DNA of 64,000 nucleotides from Azolla caroliniana (lineage: Eukaryota; Plantae; Polypodiophyta): contig JBHGNT010000015.1 in NCBI GenBank assembly GCA_043228905.1, positions 6,882,001 to 6,946,000 on the forward strand. The letters run 5' to 3'. The notes below the pieces were generated by a model. That model was not told where the DNA came from. It did not search any database and saw nothing but the letters and a program-made list of their open reading frames with translations. This document shows, one piece after another, positions 11,124 through 23,312 of this stretch. A program made the translations under genes and the position numbers. How positions within the stretch are numbered: position 1 is the stretch's first letter; each line of letters begins with the position of its first letter.

Positions 11124-14100
11124 ATGGTGGATAAAGGTGTCAACACAGAGATGGCAAATAAGGGCTTCAATGAAGATATGACAAGTTTCATGATGACAAT
11201 GATGAGTCGTATGTTGCAAGAGCAAAGTGCGATGAATCAGATGGAAAGTGAGTTAACAATTGCCATACAAACGATCATCGAGAGGATAAGCAAATTTAAT
11301 GGTGACGACGGCACTCGATTCCTCGAGGTCTACGAATACGAGATGGCCAGTAGAGGGGCAACCAGAGTACAAATAGTGTCACATATCAACTGGGTGTGCA
11401 CACTTGATGCCCGAGCAAGGGTAACGGAACTATCGGAGAAATTCCATGAAGATTGACTTGGGTTTCGTCAAGAATTTCTTGATGAATATATGTTAGACGA
11501 TCGAACCCGAATGTCAAAGAATAGCTTTCTCGAATGGACTGAGAAAGGGGGTAAAGGACTATCAGTCTCAGAGTTGCCGAGGGAGTTCCAGAAAAGATAT
11601 AATGAGCTCTCGGTAAAAGACTGAGAACTATTACAGTTAAAAAAGGTGGATTTATTCGTCCAAGCGGTAGATTAATCTTTTAGAAAGATATCACTAATCT
11701 TCTAGAAGATCGGACAAGCGCGACCGGTTTGGTGTCCGATTGGGCAAAGGTACCCGAGGCTTGTCGAGTACTAAGAAGGAGAGCACTACGGATGGAGGAT
11801 GGCTATGACAACAAAATAAAGACAACAACCAGAGAACATCCAAAACAAGACTCGGGAACTCGAATGAATGTTTGCAAGGGAAAGGAGCCAGAGACCGCGA
11901 TCGATGAGATGATAAAAGGAATGCGGGATTTACAACTCAAGTTCACAAAGCTTGAGAAGGGTGAAAGCTCGGGTGTAAGACAAAAGCCCAATGAAGGGGA
12001 AAAGGGTGAATTCATTTGCCGATGCATATGTTGCGATAGCACAGAAAAAGGGATTGTCAGAGCCATAAGGAAGCATTAGAAAGAAACACTATCTTCTATC
12101 AAAATGGGAGAATTCACTCCTCGGAGACCCGACAACCCCTAAAAACCAACTTTGACAAAGGTGGGATGAAGAAAATGGAGGACGAAGAGTTGAAGAATGT
12201 TCAAGCAATGTACTTTTCGACTACCTCTGGATTGAAGGTTGATGATTCCCAGATTGTATCAGGATTCTAGGGCAAAGTGATAAAGTCTGCTAATGACAAA
12301 TGAGTCCAACCATAGGACTTACGAAAGGTTGGTGATGAGATTAGGAGTAGTACTAGGTGGAATGACCTAGTAGATTCAGTCACTACGATCGCCAAGCTAG
12401 CAGGGGTGAATGCCCATGAAGTGACAGACTAACAGTCGAAGAAAAGAGACGGAGAACTGAAGAAGTGGAACCTTCAAGAAAACCTAAGACACGAGAGCAA
12501 AGGAGACAGGAAATGGAATAAGTTTCTATAGAGGCAATGACAGAAGACAAGGTAAGCAAAAGGTCGCCTCGTCATTCAAACTCGCCTCCGACATAGAAAC
12601 ATCCAACGACCTAAAGCATGTGCTCGAATCTAGGATTCTCAATAGTAAAGTCGAGTTAACACTCTGAGAAGTACAAGGGATCACGAAGAAGGAATTTCAT
12701 GAAGTGGTCATTGATGTGATTCGGAGAAAAAGACAAGTGGTTGAAGAAACGAGTGGAGTAAATACCATTCTTATACGGGAGGAAGATGAAGATATGGAGA
12801 CTGCATTGTTAGTCGGGGTAAGGAGTGTTGACATATAGTGTAGTCATAAAGAGGAATGAAGCCATTACACCCGCACACACTAGGCTCGGGCGACAACCGA
12901 GGCTCCTGTCAGAATTGGTGATCAGGTGGAACCGTGTGTGGCACTCATCGACCACGGCTCCGAGATTAACATCATATCATCTGATTTCTACAATCGCAGG
13001 AGATGGCCAATAGAGAGAAACCACGTGTGGAAGGTGAGAGTAGCAACTGAGATCATGGAGAATTTATGTGATGCATGCCCAAATATTAAAGCTACAATTG
13101 GGGATGTGTCAGTAGATCAAAACTTCTTCATCCAGGAGAAGTCATTTTATCTTGTAATCCTGGGGCAACCGTACATCACAGTAGTACGAATGGAGGCTAA
13201 AGGGCTTGATAACGAAGCGGCATTTGCCAGTATTTGAAGCCAGGATGGGAAGAGGTCGGTACACTTCCTAATATTCGACCAAATCATGAAAGGAATAAGG
13301 AGCATTTACGGGATCATCCACTATGAGATGTGGGGGATTTCGTATAGGATTTCTAGAGTGGGCCCTTACAAAAAGGGGTTGTGGTGGCCTGAGGGAGGTA
13401 TGAAGACCTTCATAGCATTGAAGATACAGGTAAATTATATGTTGCATCGATAGATGGCGCAACTATAATAGAAGATTTCAAAGGAAATAAATTCCGAAAA
13501 ATAGAAAAAGAATTACAAGGTAGAGGCATGATAGATTCAGAAGAAAAATTAGTGAATATATTTATAGAATATTGTTTTAAAGATACAGTAGGAGAGTTGG
13601 GAGTCTCTAATGACAGAAGATGATGAAGTTGAAGTTATGGTAAACTCCATTGAGATGTTAAAAACCATCAAGGAGTATCTTGAAAATGAAGAAGCTCGAA
13701 TAAACACAAAGTACAGAATGGTGGAGAAGATGGTTCAACCAACATCAACACCGCTTCTAGAAGACAGTGTAAAGATAATGAAGGAGGTGTCGATCGAGCC
13801 AATTCTTTGAGATCCAAAGAGAATTGGGCATAAATTCACGGAACAAATGAGTAAAGAACTAAGAATTAGAGGGGGGGGCTTCCTAACGCCTACAGAAGAA
13901 GTAGAATTTAGAAAAATGCTAGGGCGGCACGGGAAAGAATTCTCCATCAACCCTGAAGAAATTGGATGTGTGGATCCAAAAGTGGTTGAACCAATGGTCA
14001 TCTTCACAATCCCACACATTCCATGGAATCTGAAGCCAATCCCATTGCCAAGAGCAAGGATACCACAACTAATTGAGCTTCTAAAAGAGAAAGTGAAGAT

Positions 14101-16740
14101 GAGCATCTTGGAACAATCAAACGCTCCATACTCGAGTAGATGGTTTACGGTGCAAAAGAAGGGTGGGCAGCTTTGATTCATTCAAGGCATGCAATCTATG
14201 AATCAAGTTACTATCCGGAATTCAGGAGTTTGCAAAGATGTTCGTCGAAAGGGCGATCTACTCCATATGTGATCTCTACTCCGGCTACGCGGTTGTCGAG
14301 ATAACCTCCATTAGGACTCCTATTGGATTATTTCGGATGTGTACCTACCTCAAGGTGCGACCAACTCAGTCGCTCACATGATGAATGGTATGCACAAAGT
14401 TCTCTGAGATTTTATTCCTCACATAACCATGCCTTTCCTAGATGATATACCCATTAAAGGATGTGAGGAGAGAATGAAGAATGAAGAATTGGATAGTGGT
14501 AGATGTCGGAAGTTCGTCCGGGATCACATAGAAGATTGTGATAAAGTGCTTTCAAGACTAGAGGAGGTACACCTAACACTTTCGGCTCCAAAATCAATAT
14601 TCGGGGTTCAAGAAGTACTAGTGGTAGGACATATATGTGGGCCATACAGAAGGAAGCTAGCACCAGTGAAGATCAACACAATACAGAATATGAAAGAGGA
14701 ATGCAACTCTGTATCTGAATTTCGAAGGTTCTTGGGTGCATGTGTCTTCTATTGTAGGTGGATTCCACATTATGCCCACATATAAGATCCATTGTATCAA
14801 CTATTAAGAAAAGGGGAAGCATTCGAGTGGACAGAAGAACACTCAACTACAATTAGAATACTGAAGGCGAATTTGGCGAAAGCTCCTGCTTTGAAACAAC
14901 CTGACTACACCCGACCGATAATCCTCACAGTTGATTTAAGTTTGATTGGAATCAGGTGGGTGATAAGACAACAAGATAAGGAAGGAGAAAGACATCCAAT
15001 TCGATTTGGTGCGAAGGTACTTAGAGGACGTCAACGAAAGTACGCGCAAGTGAAGAGAGAGCTTTGGGGGATAATCATCGCTATCAAGACGGATAAGGAC
15101 TATCTGGTTGCTGTAGAGGTGATTGTGGAGACATATTTCTTGCTAGTTCTTAGGATTATTGCAAATTGCAATATTCCAGACCAAGCAATGGTTAGCTGGT
15201 GTTTCTACATCAAAATCATCAATCCAGAAGTTTGACATATATCTGGTGAGAAGAACGCAATGGTGTTATGTCGTCTAGAGCGAAATACGAAAATGAGGAA
15301 GCGGTAGAATCAGATAGCGACGAAGAAGAATCAGCTTTAGCCATAAATGCAATTAGAGGGGGTGAGCCACATGAAGAACATGAGTTTAAAGAAGAAGAAT
15401 ATAACGAAGAGTTTAAGGAAATCGGGAAGTATTTACAAGCACCATGGAAGGAAGGAACTTGGAGTGGGAGAAACTTCTCAAATTTCCGAAAGAAGGAACA
15501 CTGATTTTTCTTGCATCAACGCTACCTTTGGAAGCACCCAAAGTGTAAAATGGGAAATCCACAACGGGTTATCTGTGGCCAAGTGCAGCGGGAGTAGATA
15601 TTAAGGGAATTACATGACAGGGAGTGGGCCGGACCCCATGGAGTCTGGGCAACATTCAGTAAAATAAAGGAAAGATATTGGTGGCCAAGATTCTACAACG
15701 AAATCAAGAGGTATGTCGAGACATGCCCAACCTGTCAAATCTACTCCAACATTAAGCATAGAGATGAGTTGCACCTGACCTACACGCCGACTATACATTA
15801 CAAGTGGATGGTAGATATAATGGCAATGGCAATGGGGGCAGGTCAAAATAAGTTCTTGGTACTTGCTAGAGAAGACCTTACAAATCAAGTTGAAGGAAGA
15901 GCACTAAGATCGAAAACCACGTCGACAGTATGTCAATTCATATTAGAGGATATAGTATGTAGATATGGGTGTATAGGAAAGATTGTGCCTGATAGAGGTG
16001 AGCTCAATTCTGATGAAGTAAGGGAGTTCTTTGATAGAATTGGACTTCGATTATCATTGAAAACATCATATAATCTTGAGGCAAATGGAAAGATAGAAAG
16101 AGGTCGTAGCCCGATAGTTAAAGCACTTGCAAAGGCGTGGAAAGGTAAAATATGTAATTGGCCAAAGGTCTTGCCATATGCATTGTGGGCGGATAGGACC
16201 ACACACAGTTCGGTGACGGGATATATGCCGATAGAGCTCATGACAAGACAAAGGCCGGTGATGCCGATTGAAGAGAAGATTGCTACATGGGCAATATTAC
16301 CATGGAATCGGAGATGAGTAGAGAAGACTTGCTAGTTGTTTGTATCCGACAACTACAATGTCAAGTAGAAGATGCAGAAAAGGCTGCTGAGAAATTGAAG
16401 GAAGCTTGGATAAAGAACAAAGCAAGATTTGACAAAGTAAACAGATTACGACCACGAAAGATTCAAGAAGGAGACTGGGTGTTGGTATTGGACAATAGCC
16501 TCTAGACCAATATAGTACAATGAGGAAGTTCGCACAACGGTGGTTTGGGCCTTAAGAAGTACGAAAGGTGACTGATAAGGCTACCTCCTACCTGAACGAG
16601 TTGGATGGGACTGAGATACAAATGCCGATTGCAGGAAAAAGAATAAAGATTTTTAAAAGAAGAGAAGACACTGAACCTAATTTCATAGAAAATGAGGATG
16701 GTTTTTTTTTCCGAAGAGGATCAAAATGAAGTGGTGTGAA
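11124..16740 (+). pseudogene. Gypsy C gag-pol, many stops and frameshifts
   Basis: KFNGDDGTRFLEVYEYEM (gag), ICRCICCDS knuckle remnant, ALIDHGSEIN (protease), PFLDDIPIKG (RT), YAQVKRELWGII (RNaseH), KWMVDIM...DRGEL...NGKIER (integrase). Confidence 0.92.
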
Positions 16741-16775
16741 CTTGCCCACAGGTGTGCAAGTTCAGAGGGGGTGGG

Positions 16776-17527
16776 TGTCATGAAGTTGTTGCTTCACGAT
16801 GTCAAAAAAATGTCAAAAATCTATAGAAGTACATTTCCCATCTGGAGCTTATGACGAGGAGCATGTAGGAATTTTCAGTTTGTGAATCAGAGTTCAGAAA
16901 CCCAATATTCAAGCTTCAGAAGGACTAATGCAACTCGAGACACCAATGTAATTATGTAAAAAGGGGGATTCGAAATTAATAAGGGCCATTTTTGTAATTT
17001 CTCAAATGTACAACTACAAAATCGAATTTGTAGTATTTATAAATAAAATAAAAATAACATAAAAAAATAACCGCCTGCATGAGGCGGTTTGTCAACCACC
17101 TCAAGAGGGTGGTAGGGCGGTTGACCACCCTATAAAAGCCATGCCCATGGTGGCTAAAGAGGAGGGGTAGAGGGGGAAAAGGAAGAGGAGAAGAAGAAGG
17201 GAGAGAAGGAAGGGTGTGAGGGAGGGAGGAATCTCGCAAGAAGAAGGGATGTAGAGATCACTCATGAAGCTAGTGACCTGCTAAATAGAAGAAGAAAAGT
17301 AAAGAAAAGAAAGGAAAAGAAGAAAACCAAGAAGTTGATGTGGTGTATCTCTAGTTCTTCTTTGCAAACAAATGGTCGTGAGTTCGAGTCCTCTCAAACA
17401 ACTTCTTTTTGGTAAACAAATTTTGTAATATAAATTTAGTATATATAAGGAGAAAGCAACTTAAATAAATAGAAATCAACGAAGTTGAAGTGTTCTATCT
17501 CAAACGCTTCTTCTCCAATAGAGGTTG
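16776..17527 (+). repeat. 3' LTR of Gypsy C, lacking roughly the last 210 bp
   Basis: Matches 10099 to about 10827, then switches abruptly to Gypsy B gag sequence. Confidence 0.9.
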
Positions 17528-19156
17528 CCTTCTTCTCCTCGTCCGACTATTGCCTTTTTCTCTTTACGAGGTCCACGATTGTATCATGGAACTGCTTCTT
17601 CGTAATGTCGAGCGAATCCCTCAAGGACAAGGTTGCGTGGCTATCAACAACACGCTACTCGAGAATCTTCTTTAGGTCTGTCGTTTGTTCTATGTCTGAC
17701 CTTTGTTTATAGGCAGGCATAGTTCTTGTCTTCCGAACGGGGTCTTCGACGTAAACCCTCACGGGCCGAACCGTTTCTTCGACTCGTTTGCTTGACTCCC
17801 CTTTCCGGCTTGAGTCTCCATCCTCCATTCGTAAAGCTCGACTTGCTTCTGCATCTTCTTTCTTTTTCACGCTCCTTGTTTCATGTCTTTTTTATGGGTT
17901 ATCTTGCCCTTCCATTGTTTTCCTCTTTTCATCCACGAACACCTTGTCGTTGTCACACATCACTTCCGTGAGTATGGTGTTGTCATCTACCGGATCCGAC
18001 CATCCAGTGATACTTTGTACACTTCGGTCCGCAAGCTCTACATCGTCCGAAGTAACATTGCCCTTCTTCTTACACTTGAGAGCAGAAGACCAAAACTTTG
18101 TTCCCGTCTTAGCAGCTTCATTTTTATCTTTCCCGACGCTTATTCCGGCCGATGCAACGTAGTGCATCGCATCCACATGAGTCGCCTCAACATCTTCCAT
18201 AACTTTCTTCATTCACCCTCTTCCGAAATTCACTCGCAAGAGTCTTCGAGTTTCACTCTAGCAGATCATGTTGTCATCCATGTACATACGATATTTTGTC
18301 GGATGGCCTCTCGAAGGCCCGCACAATCCCTTCTCATGTGGCCCATGTTGTCGCACCACACACATCTAAAGGGTTCTTTTCCTTTCGGGCCCCGACGATT
18401 CATGTTCGCTATCGTGACCGTCTTGAGCTTTTTTGCCAGTTCTTCGATGATGTCATCATCAATCTTCTTTTCTTCAGGGTTGTTTTGTTTGGGCGGCTCA
18501 GCCACTTTTGGTTGTCTTGTTTTCTCCCCGCTCAATCTTGCCAAGTCAGTGTAATCAACCCATTGACGACGCTTGTCGAGCCTATTGCATGCTCGCTTCA
18601 CCGCAGTTCAGTCTGCGACAAGTCCGTTCACGTGGAGAGTACCCAGTTCTCGTCTATCCTTCATATCCATAGTTTTTAGGAAGTACAAAGTTTTGTCCTC
18701 CTCAAGTAGCACTTGGTCTGTGGCGGGGAGACGACTAAACATCTGGTCGAATTCGTCGTACACCCTTGAGGTGCTCATCTTCTTATTCTTCTTCTTTATC
18801 CACTTCATCAAGACATGTCAAGTCATCCTAGACAAATCTTCCGTTGCGAACTCCGCTAATATTGATTTCTCGAACTCAGACCATGTTGTCTTCCCTTCTT
18901 GAAGCTCGATGGTGATAACTCTCTTGAAACTTGAGATTTGTTGTGCTTCCGACATGTCCCTCTAATTCATCTCCCTTTTGTATGCATCAAGGAACTTTGT
19001 AATGTTCCTTCCATCAAATTGACCCTCGATCTCCACGACATGGTCAACGGCCTTCTCCACGCTTGTATCGTTGTCCTGAGATCTCATCATTTGTTCGACG
19101 ATTGCCATCATCCTTTCGAACTCTCCCGCTTGATTGCTTGAGGATGCCATCTCCAA
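17528..19156 (-). pseudogene. Gypsy B gag
   Basis: GQFDGRNITKFLDAYKREM, zinc knuckle RCVWCDNMGHMRRDC, PAYKQRSDIEQTTDLKKILE. Confidence 0.88.
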
Positions 19157-19220
19157 GTATCGGTCGATCCTCGTCTTGTTCCTTCCTACCGCTTCTTCAT
19201 GTCACGTACACCAAGAAAGA

Positions 19221-20195
19221 TGTCGAGGGAATCCTCACATGTTCACGAAATGAAGCAGGATCACTGGGGTCCTAGACAAGAATGATTCGAAAGTTGTACT
19301 AGCTTTAGCGAGAAAGTATTTAAAAATTGAGGCAAAGAGATTGAGAGATGGTGATTCCAATTATGAGACATATTGAGAGAGAGAGAGATTGAGATAGAGA
19401 TTTCAATTTTGAGAGACAAGATACATCACCAATAAGATAATTAGATTTATTGTTATTAATTTCTTGATTCAGTACATAACTTTTTTATTATAAATTGATT
19501 CCTTGATTCCCCTTTTCTTTTCTTTTTTCACTCTTTTATAGACGCCCTCATGCATATGATGCATGTGAGGGTGCAAGACATGCATACAATGCATGTAATG
19601 CATGAAATGCATGCGATGCATGTGAGGGTGCAAGACATGCATACTATGCATGCGATGCATGTTTGCCATTTGGCTCTCATGCATTACATGTGATCCATGA
19701 TAAGCATGTCACTGATGCAAGTTCTCATGGATAAGAATTTACATATGAAAAAGTATAATGATGAAAGTACAACTTTTTTTAAGAAATAACTTGGCTTTGT
19801 GGTAAGTTAATTGTGTTATGTAAGGTTCTCCCTCCTTGTGGGGGGAGTTGGTCGAAAAGCCGAAATGAGAGTTGGTTGGCTGAAATCGAGCGAAAAGCTG
19901 AAATGAGAGTCGGTTGGCTAAAATCGACCGACAAAGCCGAAATGAGAGTTAGCTGGCCGAAATCGTCCAAAAAGCCGAAACAAGAATCGGTTGGCCGAAA
20001 TTGATCGAAAAGCCGAAACGGGAATCGGCTGCCGAAATCGACCAAAAAGCCGAAATGGAAGTCGGCTGCCAAAATCGGTGAAAAAGCCGAAACAAGAGTC
20101 GGTTTGCCAAAATCGACCGAAAAGTCAAAATAGGATTCAATCGAACAATAGCAGGCCGAACAAAAGTTTGGACAAATACACACACACACACATGG

Positions 20196-20233
<38 letters not shown>

Positions 20234-20423
20234 TATATATACATATACATGGTTATATATATATATATATGTGAGTCTTTATATAGAGAGAGTCATGTTA
20301 GCTGCATATATATGTGGGATAACTCACTGAGAAGAAAACAGTGAGAGAAGCGCGAAAGTGAACCCTTCTCGGTTTTTCTTCTTTCCACATGATTTTCACA
20401 CTGTTGCCGAAAATCTTCACGAA
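19221..20423 (-). repeat. 5' LTR of Gypsy B (seven minisatellite units, longer CATGCA array)
   Basis: Homologous to 4878-6171; followed by the AACGT TSD. Confidence 0.92.
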
Positions 20424-20428
20424 AACGT

Positions 20429-21400
20429 TCTTTTCATCGACTCCGCTAACCCATTCGCCTGCGGGTAGTAAGGGGGGCTTGTCTTGTATGTCACCGTATA
20501 GTGATCCATGAATTCTTACACCACCTTGTTGATGAAGTGGCCACCTCGGTCGCTAATAAGTTCAATTGGGCATCCGAACCGACACTAGATGTTTTCATAT
20601 AGAAATTTGGACGTCAATCTAGTCATATTGTCCTATACGGCCTTTGCTTCTACCCATTTTGTGTAGTAGTCAATAGTGACCATGATATATTGATTGCTAG
20701 TTCGTGCTGCTACCAATTTGAATGGTCCAACAAAATCAAGGCCCCATTTCTAAAAAGTTTCAAAGGGCAGTATCGAGTGATGATGTATGTGGGTTCGTTT
20801 GGATGTTTGCCCCATTCTCTCATAGAGATCACATTCCCGACAATACGCTATCAAGTCCTTTTGTGTTGTTGTCCACCACAACCCATTCTGCCATACTTTT
20901 CAGGTAGTTGTCTCTACTGCATAATGTCCACCGGCAATGCAGCAGTGTGCTGCTGGTCTAGGCACTGTCCATGATCAACACCCAATCGATGACGTCGTCT
21001 AGGGTACTCCATGTGAAATCATCGACCAACAAGGTTGTTCTAAGTGCTTCTTGGAGGGCTGACAAGAATGTCTCTTTCAGCTCCTCCGCCAAGAGAGGGC
21101 GTACCAACTGTCGCTAGTGATTTTGGAATTGAATGAAAAACTGTGGAACTGTCTCATGTGGTCCCTGGTATATCACGTAGAACTGGCTCATTAGTTCTCA
21201 CTACGGAATCCTCTAATGGAAAAGTCGGGTAAAATTCTCTCGCAGTTGCTGGAAGTCTCAAAATTCGGCCAAGTCGTGTTGAGAATACCAGTTAGCCGCT
21301 TGTCCCTCTAGGAGTTTGCCCAAGTGTGTGCTTTCCCTCTTCTTGCTGTCTCTTTGCTTCCTCATCGGCTAGATGGAATCCATCCCCCTGTTGTTCTCTT
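20429..21400 (-). pseudogene. Gypsy A: gag fragment joined directly to the integrase N-terminus and core
   Basis: LEGQAANWYS...FTRLFH...YQGPHETVPQF (retrotransposon gag, about 21320-20980) runs into RKWGLDFVGPF...IDYYTKWVEAKAV...RFGCPIELISDRGGHF (integrase). No protease, RT or RNaseH lies between them. Confidence 0.8.
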
Positions 21401-22669
21401 GATAAGAATATTCACCGAAATCTTGATATTGCTTACACACCATCCAAATCTACATATAATCACAACCTCACAAGCGCATCCTCTGCATCAACCTCGTCTT
21501 TCCCACAGTTAAATAAACAAAACACCTTTCCACTCCCTTTATCAAATTCCTTGAGCTCTAATCCATATAATCCTGAGAGCCCCCACACTCATCAACTCAT
21601 TTCGCCATTTCATCTTCACTCAACCGATGTCCCTAGTGGTTATTCAACCAACTCCAAACGACAATCCTCACAAGGCTATTAGTTGAGAAGCAAGCTCAAC
21701 ACGGACAAGATTGACTGAGTAAGCTGAGAGCCGGATCAGTGGGGAGCCGGCAGGCCGTTAGAGACCTACGCCCCTAGTTTAGTAGGTAGGTATAGCATTA
21801 GGGGCCTATATTCCTATGTTAGTAAATAGGAATATTATGGGCTTAGTGTCAGGCTCATTCATGAGCATTAAAGTACACATAGTACTTGTGACAACCCACT
21901 GTCAGGGCTTGTATAAAAGTGCTCTCTAAGCACACTTGTATACACATAGAGCGTATTATTTTTTGAATCTGAGTTTTTTAGTCTTCTGCTCTCTCTGTCT
22001 CTCCCGTGTTCTGTTTTCTTCATTGTTTCTCTGTGTTTTCTCTATTTCTATCCAACTGAGCCGGTTGTGTTTTGTTTAACTTCCGCACATAAATCTTTTC
22101 ATGGTATCAAAGCGTGAGGGTTGAGAATCCTCTGTTGCTGACAAGCATTTCAACATAAACAACCTCTTAATCTCAGGACAAGAATAGACAGGAAAAATGG
22201 ACAAAGGAATGGGTGGTGCTCTTCCAACAAAGAAGTTGGACAGAAGCAATTGCACATCTTGGGAATGTAAGATGCACCAGTACTTGCTCGGGCATGGCTA
22301 CTGGAGTTATATCCATGGTGAAAGCAAAGTAGCACCAGAACCGGCACACAAGGATTTTCCATTGTAGGAGCAAGCAAAAAGTAGATTCTTGTACTGCCTT
22401 GCATCCTATATGCAAGATCAGATGTTGGGCTACATTCGAGATGCAAAGAAGTTGACGGAGGCCTAGGAAAATCTGAATAAGATTTTTGTAGCGAGTACAA
22501 CAGCCTGTAAGGTACAACTCCATCAAGAGCTCCATGATATCCGACAGAGGGATATGATGGTAAACGACTACACCACGAAGATCAAGGAAATCTGTGACGC
22601 CTTGGGGTCCATCAATGTGACGGTGGACGAGGACGAAATGGTATAGATTTGCCTCTGTGGTCTAGGTTA

Positions 22670-23283
22670 TGTTGGGATTTCGGTCCCTCCGGATGGGATG
22701 TCCGGAGATGAATGACGGCAAGCCCGGTTGCGGTTACGGTGCCGGATGATGAAGACCCCGGCTACGGAGCCGGATGATGAAGACCCCGGCTACGGAGCCG
22801 GATGACGAATGTACCCGGAGGGAGATCCGGATGCGGGGACATATTTGTGAATATGTTTGCCAAGAGCCCTTGAGGCTATATTTGTAAATAGCCCGAAAGT
22901 CATATGTGTATAAATATGACTTAGGGCAAACAGTTTACGTTGTTGCTCATTTTTCTGTTTTCCACTAAGAGGGAGCGAAGTGAGAGCAGCCGAGAGAGAG
23001 TGAGAGAGAAAGAGGAAGGAAGAGGTCGACGCCTCTGTGTAATACCGCCGCCTGTGGCGAGGACAGCGAGCTCAAGGTCGTCGCCTTGCAGCTCGCCATT
23101 GTACATTCCCGCGTATAGTGATAGTTGGAGTCTTGCACTCCCGTGGTTTTTCCCATTTAGGGTTTTTCCACGTAAAACATCCAGTGTACCCTTCTCTCTA
23201 TTGTTTTTCGTGCATTGTTGTATTTCCCGTTTTCTGTGAATCGATCCTGTTCCTCGGTTGTGGACGAGCGCAGAATTGCGACA
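22670..23283 (+). repeat. 5' LTR of Copia F
   Basis: TGTTGGG...GCGACA; 28-bp tandem repeat at 22741-22796; TATAAATA at 22909-22916. Confidence 0.97.
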
Positions 23284-23286
23284 AAG

Positions 23287-23298
23287 TGGTATCAGAGC
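23287..23298 (+). promoter_or_regulatory. PBS for initiator tRNA-Met
   Basis: TGGTATCAGAGC, 3 bp after the LTR. Confidence 0.95.
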
Positions 23299-23312
23299 GA
23301 CTGTTGCAGAAA

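Larger units (their letters stand above)
10099..17527 (+). mobile_element. Ty3/Gypsy LTR retrotransposon C (related to B, opposite orientation), inserted just upstream of the protease of B; 3' LTR truncated
   Basis: 5' LTR 10099-11036 (TGTC...GACA), PBS 11043-11059, gag-pol, PPT AGAGGGGGTGGG 16764-16775. The 3' LTR starts at 16776 and breaks off at about 17527, so no right-hand TSD is present. Confidence 0.92.
4878..20423 (-). mobile_element. Ty3/Gypsy LTR retrotransposon B (non-chromovirus), degenerate, inserted into the integrase of A
   Basis: Two homologous LTRs (4878-6171 and 19221-20423). AACGT TSD at 4873-4877 and 20424-20428. PPT-like tract next to 6172, degenerate PBS at about 19197-19213. 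Removing B restores YYPQANGLAESMKRTLQNILKK of the host integrase. Confidence 0.92.

Noticed and set aside
19846-20130. Regularly spaced 37-39-bp repeats resembling a CRISPR array
   Set aside because: The units are contiguous with no unique spacers, lie inside a eukaryotic LTR, and no cas genes are present.
23118-23312. N-terminal 65 aa of the 1,422-aa ORF in the track
   Set aside because: It starts at a non-ATG codon inside the LTR, upstream of the PBS. The credible start is the ATG at 23313.
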